Shown here piece by piece: positions 54,905-64,000 of a stretch of 64,000 bases of DNA. The stretch is from assembly GCA_035250975.1 (NCBI GenBank), contig DATFEP010000014.1:32001-96000 (forward strand), read 5' to 3'. The notes beneath the pieces were generated by a model that saw only the letters and a program-made list of their open reading frames with translations, searched no databases and was not told the DNA's origin. Each line of letters opens with the position of its first letter. Position 1 is the first letter of the stretch. A program made the position numbers and the translations under genes. The stretch is from Nitrososphaeraceae archaeon. Its GTDB lineage: Archaea > Thermoproteota > Nitrososphaeria > Nitrososphaerales > Nitrososphaeraceae.

Positions 54905-56713
54905 ATGAAAAAATTCAGGACGTCATATTTTGTATCTATTTTAACGGCATTTGTGGTTTCATTAGGTTACATGATGCCAGGTACTGTTCTTGCACAGAAT
55001 GATAATCGTCCAAACATATTGGTAATAATGGGAGATGATTTTGGTTTTTCTGATATAGGTATATTTGGAAGTGAGATTTCTACGCCTAATTTAGATCAAT
55101 TGGGAAAGGAAGGAAAAATCTTGACCAATTATTATACACATCCAGTATGTTCTCCAGCAAGAAGTACTTTTCTTACTGGCGTTGATAATCATATAGCTGG
55201 CATCGGTACTATGTTTGAAAACATTGCTCCCAATCAGGTGAATAAAACAGGCTACGAAACTTATATTACTGATAGAGTTGTCACGGTTGCAGAGCTACTA
55301 CGGGATGCGGGTTATGATACACTTCTTTCAGGTAAATGGCATCTTTCAGGAAAGGGGTATCATAATGGTACTGGACCAGCAGACAGAGGATTTGATCAGA
55401 GCTTTACGTTACTTGAATCTGGAGCCAATCATTTCACGTATGGACCATACTATCCTGGCGGTGTTACTACTTTCATAGATAATGACAAAATAGTTGAAAA
55501 ACCAAATGGTACTCAGTTTTCAAATGAATTTTACACAGATAAAATGATCGATTTTATCAAGAAATCAAAAGAGAACAATAAACCGTTTTTCGGATATCTT
55601 GCATTTCAGGTAGCACATACACCATTCCAGGCTCCACAGGAAAACATAAAGAAATATGAGGGAGTTTACGATGGTGGATGGGATAAAATAAGAGAACAAA
55701 GGTTTGAAAAGCAAAAAGAACTAGGAATATGGCCTACAGATATGACATTACCAAAAAGCTATCCAACTTTTCCAGATTGGAATGCATTGCCTATGGATGA
55801 ACAAAAACAAAGATCACAGATATTTGCAGCACATGCAGGCATGATAGAGGACATGGACTATAATATAGGCAGGGTAATTCAATTCCTCAAAGATACAGGT
55901 CAATATGAAAATACTTTCATCATGTTTACTTCAGACAACGGTGGTAGTGAGCCATCTGATTCTCCTGTGGTAGTTGGAACCTTAGAGGGTGCAAATGATA
56001 AGGAATTAGAGGAATTTAAAGCAGGAGGGTTCAGCGAAACCTTTGATGCCATAGGCGGCAAAGACTCCTATTGGGGATATGGCTGGCAGGGAGCCGTTAT
56101 GTCAAATACTCCATATTCTGGAGTTAAATCAACTAAGTTCAATGGAGGAATAAAACCAGCATTTGTAATAAAGGAACCACATGCAACAAATACACCTGAA
56201 CTTGATATTGTAAAGGAATTTGTTCATGTCAGCGATATGACTCCTACATTTCTAGAATATGCAAATACTATACATCCTGGTTCAGAGTATAAAGGAAAAC
56301 AAGTCAGTCCAATGATGGGAAAATCCATAAAACCACTCTTAGAAGGTACGGTTGAACAGGTACATAGGGATGATGAAACAATATCCTCAGAGATGTTTGG
56401 TAACCGTGCCGTATTCATGGGAGACTGGAAGGCACGTAATAATATATTTCCAATAGGAGATGGACAATGGAAGCTATTTAACATAAAACAAGATATTCGT
56501 GAAGCAACAGATTTGTCAAAAGAACATCCCGATATACTTGAAAAGATGGTTTCTGCCTATGACAACTATGCAAAGGAAGTTGGAATTATACCACCAAAAT
56601 ATAGTGAACAACAAAAGCAAGGAGTAATGGAAATGTTAGCGGCGACCAACCAAACAGAATTTACAGGGTTCCCAATGGAGAAGTTATTAGCAGGCTACCC
56701 AGCGGAACCGTGA
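54905..56713 (+). CDS. Secreted Cys-type (formylglycine-dependent) arylsulfatase, AtsA-like
   Basis: Signal peptide; PNILVIMGDDFGFSD, CSPAR-x-x-x-LTG, GKWHL, AHTPFQ, SDNG, HVSD-x-x-PT. Confidence 0.95.
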   Translation: MKKFRTSYFVSILTAFVVSLGYMMPGTVLAQNDNRPNILVIMGDDFGFSDIGIFGSEISTPNLDQLGKEGKILTNYYTHPVCSPARSTFLTGVDNHIAGIGTMFENIAPNQVNKTGYETYITDRVVTVAELLRDAGYDTLLSGKWHLSGKGYHNGTGPADRGFDQSFTLLESGANHFTYGPYYPGGVTTFIDNDKIVEKPNGTQFSNEFYTDKMIDFIKKSKENNKPFFGYLAFQVAHTPFQAPQENIKKYEGVYDGGWDKIREQRFEKQKELGIWPTDMTLPKSYPTFPDWNALPMDEQKQRSQIFAAHAGMIEDMDYNIGRVIQFLKDTGQYENTFIMFTSDNGGSEPSDSPVVVGTLEGANDKELEEFKAGGFSETFDAIGGKDSYWGYGWQGAVMSNTPYSGVKSTKFNGGIKPAFVIKEPHATNTPELDIVKEFVHVSDMTPTFLEYANTIHPGSEYKGKQVSPMMGKSIKPLLEGTVEQVHRDDETISSEMFGNRAVFMGDWKARNNIFPIGDGQWKLFNIKQDIREATDLSKEHPDILEKMVSAYDNYAKEVGIIPPKYSEQQKQGVMEMLAATNQTEFTGFPMEKLLAGYPAEP

Positions 56714-57347
56714 AACTAGAAAGCAGGAACAAATTAAAATGGTTCTGGAAACGATATATTGAAAGTAGCTCTGGCATGGATTTTTTTGATTGTAACGAGC
56801 GAATTGATACAGTGCTGGATTTCAATTCGAAAGAAAATACTATAAATTTAAATTGTGAAAATATATAGATCGAGTTCTTTGATCGATATTTGATAGATTA
56901 GAAAAAAATGGAAAAAGTTGTAAAAATATTAATACCCTTCTTTATTGATTTTAACATTAAATTATAAAGTTATTTATTCAAATCTTTTAAGTTATTCGAG
57001 ATTAAATCTATAACTCATTCACAAAAAAAGAATATGTAAAAGATACAATTCATATGAATAACTGTGAATGGAGAGGTAATATGTTGGATATGGATGAAAA
57101 AGTTCATGGGTTTGAAAAATAGAATTAAGATGGATATTGTAATTTATTTCAGTTTATTCATCATAATACAAGAAAGCAGGGATTTACGGAAATTCATTGC
57201 TATCAGGTGCGAACCATTCAGAAAATAGAGGAATCAGTTCTTATGAATATACAGAAAAATTTGACTCTTCTTCGTACCCTAAATTTGATAGATAAAAAAA
57301 TTTCTAAAAATATTAATAATTTTGGTATGTATTCATATCAGGAGAAA

Positions 57348-57794
57348 ATGAATCATCAATATAATTTAAATATAATTTTATTAGTAATGATTAGCATTAG
57401 TGGTATATTTTTAGCTTTTCCTCTATTCGAAAATATATATACAAAAGATGATTCTGACGATTCTACCAAACAGAAAGATATTGATAAAAATGAATCAGAA
57501 AACAACAATATAATTCCTAATCAATATATTATATATCTCAATGATAATAAACAAGGTAGCAATACTATTGACCCAATTGAATTTTTTAATTCTGAATTGA
57601 AAGATACTGGAACAGAACTATTACATGTGTACGATAATGTTGCAAAAGGATTTGCAATAAAAGTTCCTAACGAAAAAGTTCTAGAAAAACTGAAAGATAA
57701 TCCATCTGTGAAATATATAGGACAAGATAAAAGAACAGAAGCTTTTACAAATTCAGACAGCGATGAACAGAAAATAACAATAAAAGTAAATTAA
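57348..57794 (+). CDS. Stand-alone peptidase inhibitor I9 (subtilisin propeptide-like) protein, membrane-anchored/secreted
   Basis: IPNQYIIYL...HVYDNVAKGFAIK...LKDNPSVKYIGQD; start ATG 57348 preceded by ggag. Confidence 0.8.
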   Translation: MNHQYNLNIILLVMISISGIFLAFPLFENIYTKDDSDDSTKQKDIDKNESENNNIIPNQYIIYLNDNKQGSNTIDPIEFFNSELKDTGTELLHVYDNVAKGFAIKVPNEKVLEKLKDNPSVKYIGQDKRTEAFTNSDSDEQKITIKVN

Positions 57795-58564
57795 TGACAA
57801 TATATTACTATCTAATATATTGATAATATCACTTGGTATGTGTTATACGGATCTTCGAACAGACACTATTAAAAGCTATATTAACGGTTGAGGTTATTGA
57901 TTTTAATAATTAGTATGTACAACCCTATTCCGTCAAATTTTTTGTATTATTTTTTCTTAATTCTCTTTTCTCTTTATAACATTTTTCTTTTTGTTGTTTC
58001 CTGCATTCAATCTTATATTTTGAGCTGATTGACTTTTATTTGTTATATTTGCAGAAAAGCAAATAAACAACATATTGCGCAGAAAAAATTTCTATAACCT
58101 TTTTTGTATTTGTACCTGCTTGACCTCTAATATAATACAGTGGAAATAAATAACCTGGACCTATGAGTAAATAAAACTCTCTAGATTGGATTTATATGCT
58201 CACAATCTATCTACCTAAGATTTCCTTCACTTTCATATTCAAATTTTAAATATCCTTAACAGTTTTATACTTCTCTAGGTCTTCCGACAGACATTCAAGA
58301 TAAGTTTCAAGGTCTATCGGTACCGGAAGAAGAATGAAATATATTTAAAAACGAACTTCTTGTTGGACCCATTTATACATTTAAAAAATAAATATGCTCA
58401 CGTCTTTCGAGAAAAAGATTCAATCTGAATATTAGACACTATCTGTTAGGAGATGTCAACCAAGATGTGCTACGCGGCCCAGCTTTTTTTAATATGTGAG
58501 AAAACGGACATATCAGCCTACAACAAAAAACTTAAGACTAACTATAAAACTCATATATTAAAGC

Positions 58565-59965
58565 ATGGGCCAAGATCCCAACTCAATCAAGGTTTTCATT
58601 AGTTATTCTCATGAGGATAGTGAAAAAGCCAAACGTCTTTATTCAAAATTAAAGGAGTGGAACGTAGATCCTTGGTTTGATCAGGAATCGCTTAGAGCAG
58701 GTGAGAAATGGGAGGTAAAGATAAAGGAAGCAATCAAAAATAGTCAGTATTTTATACCAGTATTATCCAAAAATTCGACAGAGGAAACAGGATACGTATT
58801 AAAAGAGTTAAATGATGCCATAAAAATTCTTAAAGAACTTCCGGACTCTAAGATCTATATAATACCTATACGTGTCGATGATTGCCAAGTACTAGAATCA
58901 ACAGTTGAAGAACTTCAAAAAATTCAAGAACTTCATATTGTTGACCTCTTTCCAGATGAAGAATGGAATAAAGGGTTTCAGAAAATATTGGATGCAATGG
59001 GAATTGAAGATAAACCAGATAAATTAGGTAAGGAATACTGGGAAAGTTTACTGACTGATATCGATAAAAAAGAATGTATTCCAGTCATAGGGGATGGATC
59101 GCTGGAATCCTATGATCGACAGGACGATGAAGCCTTTCTCACAACTAAAGAAATCGCCTTGGAATTGGCAGAAAAAAATGACTACCCTTTGGATGATCCC
59201 TCTCAGTTATCGAAGGTTACTCAATATTTAGCAATACGTGAAAATAATGAAATGTATCCAAAAAATGTAGTTAGTAATATGCTCGGTCGTTTAAAACCTC
59301 CCGATTTTGCAAATAAATATAGAAGATCTCTTCATGCAGTCCTTACCAAGTTAAATTTGCCAATATACATTACTACCACTTACGATCTCTTCATGGAAGA
59401 AGCCTTGAAGAGTGATGGAAAGGAGCCTCACAGTGAGTGTTGTCGCTGGAATGATGACTTGCGTAAGTTGACAACATATGGAGGTTTTCCTTCCGTGTTT
59501 GATAAAAAATCAGGATATAAGATACCTACAGAAAAGGATCCACTAGTATATCATCTTCATGGGTCCATCGAGTATCCTAATTCCATGGTTTTGACCGAAC
59601 GAGATTATTTCGATTTTGTTATTAATATGAATAAAATAGAAGATGAAAAAGTAATGCTACCATCGGTTCTTAGAACTAAAATAACACAATCTACACTATT
59701 ATTTCTTGGATATCGCTTAGATGATATAGATTTTCGTTCAATATTTCAAGGAGCACTCAGCTTTTATGCAAGTACACGTGGTATGAAAAATAATTTTGTA
59801 ATAATACAGCTTCCAGATATCGATGATTACGGTAAAAGAAAAAAGGTAATACAGTATTTAAGAGACAAATCTAAAAATATGTTTCATTTAATTGTTTACT
59901 GGGGAAGTATTGATGAATTTGTAGAAGAATTATTGAAAAATTGGGAAAAATTTAAAAATGGATAG
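58565..59965 (+). CDS. TIR domain + SIR2-like (SIR2_2) fusion protein
   Basis: TIR: VFISYSHED, WFDQESL-x-x-G-x-x-W, FIPVLSKNS, VLKEL, IIPIR; SIR2-like: IPVIGDG, ITTTYD, YHLHG, VLTERDY, LLFLGY-x-L-x-D. Confidence 0.92.
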   Translation: MGQDPNSIKVFISYSHEDSEKAKRLYSKLKEWNVDPWFDQESLRAGEKWEVKIKEAIKNSQYFIPVLSKNSTEETGYVLKELNDAIKILKELPDSKIYIIPIRVDDCQVLESTVEELQKIQELHIVDLFPDEEWNKGFQKILDAMGIEDKPDKLGKEYWESLLTDIDKKECIPVIGDGSLESYDRQDDEAFLTTKEIALELAEKNDYPLDDPSQLSKVTQYLAIRENNEMYPKNVVSNMLGRLKPPDFANKYRRSLHAVLTKLNLPIYITTTYDLFMEEALKSDGKEPHSECCRWNDDLRKLTTYGGFPSVFDKKSGYKIPTEKDPLVYHLHGSIEYPNSMVLTERDYFDFVINMNKIEDEKVMLPSVLRTKITQSTLLFLGYRLDDIDFRSIFQGALSFYASTRGMKNNFVIIQLPDIDDYGKRKKVIQYLRDKSKNMFHLIVYWGSIDEFVEELLKNWEKFKNG

Positions 59966-62900
59966 CTCTGGAGAATCATCCCAATCTTCCAATGGAGAGA
60001 ACAAAAATTATTATGAACCTTACATAGGACCCCGCGCTTTCGGTAGAACTGAGGATGATGAGGAACGATTCTTTGGAAGAGACGAGGAAACTCAAGAGAT
60101 TGTTGCTCTTATTTCTTCTCATAAGCTCGTTTTGATTTATGCCCAATCAGGGGCAGGAAAGACATCCATAATGAATGCTGAGGTTATTCCAACTTTAGAA
60201 AGATATGGATTTATGGTTCTTCCAGTGACCAGAGTGAGAGTTTCTTCCGATATTGTTTATGACCAGTCATCATATGATAATTCGATATATAAGACACAAA
60301 TATCAAATGTTTATATTTTTAATGCTCTTACAAGTCTCAAATCAGATACAGACCCGCAATTATTCAAGAATAAAACATTATCTGAATTTTTAAAAGAATA
60401 TTTCCCTTCTAACAAAGAAAAGAATGGAAAGAACCGTCCACAAGTATTAATATTTGACCAGCTCGAAGAAATTTTTAGCATTTTTCCAAAGAATTGGAAA
60501 GAGCAAAGAGAAGATTTCTTTAACCAAGTAACAAATGCCTTGAATGATATTATTCCACTTCAAGTTGTATTTATTATTAGAGAAGACTATTTAGCTCAAT
60601 TAGATACTTATAGGGATCTCCTTCCTGAAAAATTGAGACCACGTTTTAGACTCGAACGACTGAATCAAGATTCGGCTTTATCAGCAGTTCAAGGTCCATT
60701 AAAAAAAATTCCAAAAGATTTCATGAAAGAAAAAAAAGAGGATGTGGAAAGAGAAATAAAAAGATTAATCAAAGAGTTGATGAAAATTCAAGTTGAAGAT
60801 TCACTAGGTAGGACACATCAGGTAGAAGGTGAATTTATAGAACCAATACAGCTACAGGTTGTTTTTAGGAGATGGTGGAAAAACAAACAAAGCCTTCATG
60901 ACAAAAATAACGAAGACAAAATGGTTGATATATTTGAAGTAGATAAAGCGTTGGAAGATTTCTATGATGAAGCCATTCATCAATGTCTTCAAACTGGAAC
61001 ATCTGAGGATGAAATTAGAAAATGGTGTGAAGAAAAATTAATTACTTCTAGTGGAACTCGTAGTATTGTTCATCGAGGTTTACAGGATACTGAAGACTTG
61101 AAAAATAACGTCATCGAAATTCTTGAAAATAAATATTATTTGATTAGGGGAGAATGGCGTGCTGGAGCAAAATGGTATGAACTTGCACATGATCGATTAA
61201 TTAATCCAATAAAATCATCAAATCAGAGATGGAGAAGAGAGCAGGAATTAAAAAAGAGATCCACGATTAAAAAAGTTGCTATACCATCAATAATAACAGC
61301 TGTTATGATAGGCATAGCTCTTTCTATGTATTTTGCACCTATTCAGTATGATATAAATTCCTTTGAGGATATTAAGTTGAGTGAAACTCCATACATACTG
61401 GCTGTGAATTCAGGTACTGGAGCTGTATATGCTTCTAATGCTCCTGATACTAACATAACTGTGATAGATGGAGAAAGTGACAAAGTTACTAAATATATTC
61501 AGGTAAAATATAAACCGTTCGACATAGAAGTTGATCCGAAGAGGGATACATTATATGTGACACATCCAGAGAGCGATAAAATATCTGTTATAGATTTGAA
61601 AAAAGACCAGGACAATTTTAAATACCTAGACTCCAAGGGACGTCCTTCTTTTATGGGGTTAGATTCTAATAATTCCCTATTATACGTAACTAACTTTGCA
61701 GGTAGCACTGTGTCTGTTATTAATTTAACTACAAACAATGTGCAGGATACTGTGAAGGTGGGAAGAAATCCTATGGGCATAGACATAGATTCCGGGACGG
61801 CATATGTAACTAATTCTAGGGATAACACTGTGTCTGTTATAGATTTAACTACAAACAATGTGCAGGATACTGTGAAGGTGGGAAGAAATCCTACAGATAT
61901 AGAGATAGATTCGGGTAAGGCATATGTAACTAATTGGATAGACAATACTGTGTCTGTTATAGATTTAACTATAAATAAGGTTCAACATACTGTGAATGTG
62001 GGAAGAAATCCTACAGATATAGAGATCAATCCTTCTTCTAGTAAGGTATTTGTAGCTCATTCTGGAGACACAATCGTGTCTGTTATAGATCCACAATTAG
62101 ATATCGTAGTGGGAACATTGAAAGTAGGCGAAGGAAAGCGACCCATTGCATTAGGAATAAATTCAGTTCAAAATATATTATATGTAGCTCGTCATAACGA
62201 TAACTTCATAAGAGCTATAGACATGAAGGACCATCCGTCAACAGAAGTTTTGTCCAATATCCCAGTAGCCACTCACCCTTCTGGAATAGCAATTGCGACA
62301 TCTCAAGATAATAAAACCAAAACGGTATACGTAACTAACAAAGGCTCCAATAGTGTAAGTATCATAGATGGAATTACAAACATGGTTAAAAAAGTTCTTC
62401 AGGTTGGACAAGAGCCCAGCGATATAGATATTAATTCTAACACTAAAAAATTATATGTGTCTAATTCACTTTCAAACAGTATATCTGTTATAGACATAGG
62501 CAAGGAAGAAGTTGAGTATACGATAGATTCCATCGGTAAAAGCCCAATCAAACTAGCAGTTGACGATAATAAAGATTTAATATATGTGATTAACAACGGC
62601 TCTAACAACGTATCTGTTATAAATGGAACTACAAGAGAAGTTATAGGAGATATAAAAGTGAAAGATATGCCTACAGATATTGTTGTCGATTCCAATAATC
62701 ATCTAGTATATGTAACTAATTCTGATAATTCTTCTTCTTCTGTATCTGTTATAAATGGAACTACAAGAGAAGTTATCGGAGACATACCTATGAATCCTAA
62801 TAATACAAAATCTGTTGGAGATAAACCTACAGATATTCTTGTTGATTCAAAGGACAAGCGAGCATATATAGTTACGCAGGATGGTAAAATCGTCAAGCTA

Positions 62901-63095
62901 GAAACGCAAAAAATTACAGATAAGAATAGCCAGTTTAACTATAATATAACGGATTATGTTACAATTGTTGCCGATAATTTTGGTAAACTTCCTGGTTTGG
63001 ATTTAAATTCGGAAATCGCTTTAAATTCAGAATCTGATGAAATTTATATCACTAGTATGGAAAAGAATGTTATGTACATTCTTCATACGAAGTAA
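59958..63095 (+). CDS. nSTAND1-type NTPase + single TM + YVTN beta-propeller repeats (about two propellers)
   Basis: PYIGPRAF...FFGRDEE, AQSGAGKTS, VLIFDQLEE, IREDY, PIQLQ, ELAHDRL; TM VAIPSIITAVMIGIALSMYFA; repeated YVTN...VSVID...VG-x-x-P. Confidence 0.92.
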   Translation: MDSSGESSQSSNGENKNYYEPYIGPRAFGRTEDDEERFFGRDEETQEIVALISSHKLVLIYAQSGAGKTSIMNAEVIPTLERYGFMVLPVTRVRVSSDIVYDQSSYDNSIYKTQISNVYIFNALTSLKSDTDPQLFKNKTLSEFLKEYFPSNKEKNGKNRPQVLIFDQLEEIFSIFPKNWKEQREDFFNQVTNALNDIIPLQVVFIIREDYLAQLDTYRDLLPEKLRPRFRLERLNQDSALSAVQGPLKKIPKDFMKEKKEDVEREIKRLIKELMKIQVEDSLGRTHQVEGEFIEPIQLQVVFRRWWKNKQSLHDKNNEDKMVDIFEVDKALEDFYDEAIHQCLQTGTSEDEIRKWCEEKLITSSGTRSIVHRGLQDTEDLKNNVIEILENKYYLIRGEWRAGAKWYELAHDRLINPIKSSNQRWRREQELKKRSTIKKVAIPSIITAVMIGIALSMYFAPIQYDINSFEDIKLSETPYILAVNSGTGAVYASNAPDTNITVIDGESDKVTKYIQVKYKPFDIEVDPKRDTLYVTHPESDKISVIDLKKDQDNFKYLDSKGRPSFMGLDSNNSLLYVTNFAGSTVSVINLTTNNVQDTVKVGRNPMGIDIDSGTAYVTNSRDNTVSVIDLTTNNVQDTVKVGRNPTDIEIDSGKAYVTNWIDNTVSVIDLTINKVQHTVNVGRNPTDIEINPSSSKVFVAHSGDTIVSVIDPQLDIVVGTLKVGEGKRPIALGINSVQNILYVARHNDNFIRAIDMKDHPSTEVLSNIPVATHPSGIAIATSQDNKTKTVYVTNKGSNSVSIIDGITNMVKKVLQVGQEPSDIDINSNTKKLYVSNSLSNSISVIDIGKEEVEYTIDSIGKSPIKLAVDDNKDLIYVINNGSNNVSVINGTTREVIGDIKVKDMPTDIVVDSNNHLVYVTNSDNSSSSVSVINGTTREVIGDIPMNPNNTKSVGDKPTDILVDSKDKRAYIVTQDGKIVKLETQKITDKNSQFNYNITDYVTIVADNFGKLPGLDLNSEIALNSESDEIYITSMEKNVMYILHTK
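61683..62030 (+). repeat. Three tandem 120-bp coding repeats (YVTN blades)
   Basis: Lines starting 61681, 61801 and 61921 align in register; hand count about 84% identity between copies 1 and 2, including a 51-bp perfect block. Confidence 0.95.
62610..62776 (+). repeat. 35-bp exact duplication between adjacent blades of the second propeller
   Basis: gtatctgttataaatggaactacaagagaagttat at 62610 and 62742. Confidence 0.9.
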
Positions 63096-63289
63096 TAACT
63101 AGTGCAAGGTTTAAAGAGTGAAAGATCAAGTGTATATTGGGCACCGTAGATATAAAATATCTAATAATATACTGCATATATAAAAAAGTAAATATGTAAA
63201 CATATTAACAAAATTTTCACTTTGATTTATAGGTTGTCAATAAATAAATAAATTCATTATGTAAAGTGTCTATAATGATCATGACATAG

Positions 63290-64000
63290 TCTTCTATCCT
63301 AAATTTGGCAGTTAGCGAGTAAGCATTTAACTGTAGTAGACACAGATAGATCCTTTTTTTCATACCTTGTAAATAATTTCCTGAACCTATTATGCCATGA
63401 ATTCGTTCTCTCCACGTGTCATCTTCTTGTAGGACGTCTGTTATTATTGAGTTTTTTTTCTTCTCTTATGCGTTGTATATGTAAATATATTCTCATTTGA
63501 CAATTGTTCTGTTTTTTGAATCGTGTGTTTTATAAAGAGACATGGTTGCTTTTTCATCTTCCTGTTTGTATATTTCGTTGTTGATTTTGAAAAAGGTCTT
63601 TTGATAACTATGATGTGAAATTGCAGCAGTAATGTCATGAGAATTTGGAGATGTTACAACAGTAGAACGTGTGATACCTTGCTTACGTGTTAAAATATGT
63701 CTTTACGTTTTAAACCTTCTTCTATCAACAGGATCATGTCAGGTAATCGCCTTTCAAATGTCATTTTACTGATATCTTTCAAGAGACTGCCATTTCCAAG
63801 TTATTCACTGTTTATTAAGAATACCAAGTTGACTCTCTTGCCGAAATCTTCCGGACATGTTGAACCAGAACCATATCCTTCCGGTACCATATATTTTTCA
63901 TCAACATCCAGTCCTCAGGAGAATTATGATACCATCAATTAGTTTTCCCTACGGTAGATTAGGACGGCCTGTGGTGTTATCCGCTTTCTCATCCGGTGCA
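63290..64000 (-). mobile_element. Decayed IS5-family element, same group as 22162-22885, running off the window end
   Basis: GRPNLP*GKLIDGIIILLRTGC, RHILTRKQGI...SHD, HVERTNSWHNRFRKLFTRYEKK; shares ttttcataccttgtaaataattt with about 22242. Confidence 0.85.

Noticed and set aside
61683-62030. Regular repeats as a possible CRISPR array or DGR template
   Set aside because: 120-bp in-frame coding repeats with no unique spacers; no cas or reverse transcriptase gene in the window; differences are not adenine-specific
2472-62896. Many short ORFs overlapping longer genes (e.g. 2472+, 7493-, 18738-, 25507+, 27761+, 33585+, 61499-)
   Set aside because: Antisense or out-of-frame to well-supported genes, with no recognisable motifs
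63444-63942. ORF-track calls 63444-63638(-) and 63697-63942(+)
   Set aside because: Fragments or shadows of the decayed IS5 transposase

Overview
AT-rich archaeal DNA. Gene content (TFB, exosome Csl4, UPF0147, archaemetzincin, PsbP-like, cupredoxins, CopC/CopD-propeller fusion, many secreted hypotheticals) points to an ammonia-oxidising Nitrososphaerales archaeon, probably Nitrosocosmicus-like; this taxonomy is an inference. Housekeeping genes are mixed with accessory DNA: several pseudogenes, decayed IS5/IS6 elements, a copper locus and a sulfatase-rich region. Best candidate for an undescribed system: a two-gene operon with an 8-bp overlap at 58565-63095, encoding a TIR+SIR2-like protein and an nSTAND1-type NTPase-TM-YVTN beta-propeller receptor. 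Its propeller blades are near-identical DNA repeats with clustered variable codons, suggesting a transmembrane NLR/TLR-like immune or nonself-recognition module. Also notable: a secreted Lys/Ser-then-poly-Asp protein whose N-terminus the ORF track misses (44711-45808), a class III cyclase plus degenerate KaiC/GvpD pair, a multi-TM plus Venus-flytrap fusion and a TIP-like aquaporin. No rRNA, tRNA or CRISPR array was seen. All family calls come from motif recognition by eye, not database searches.
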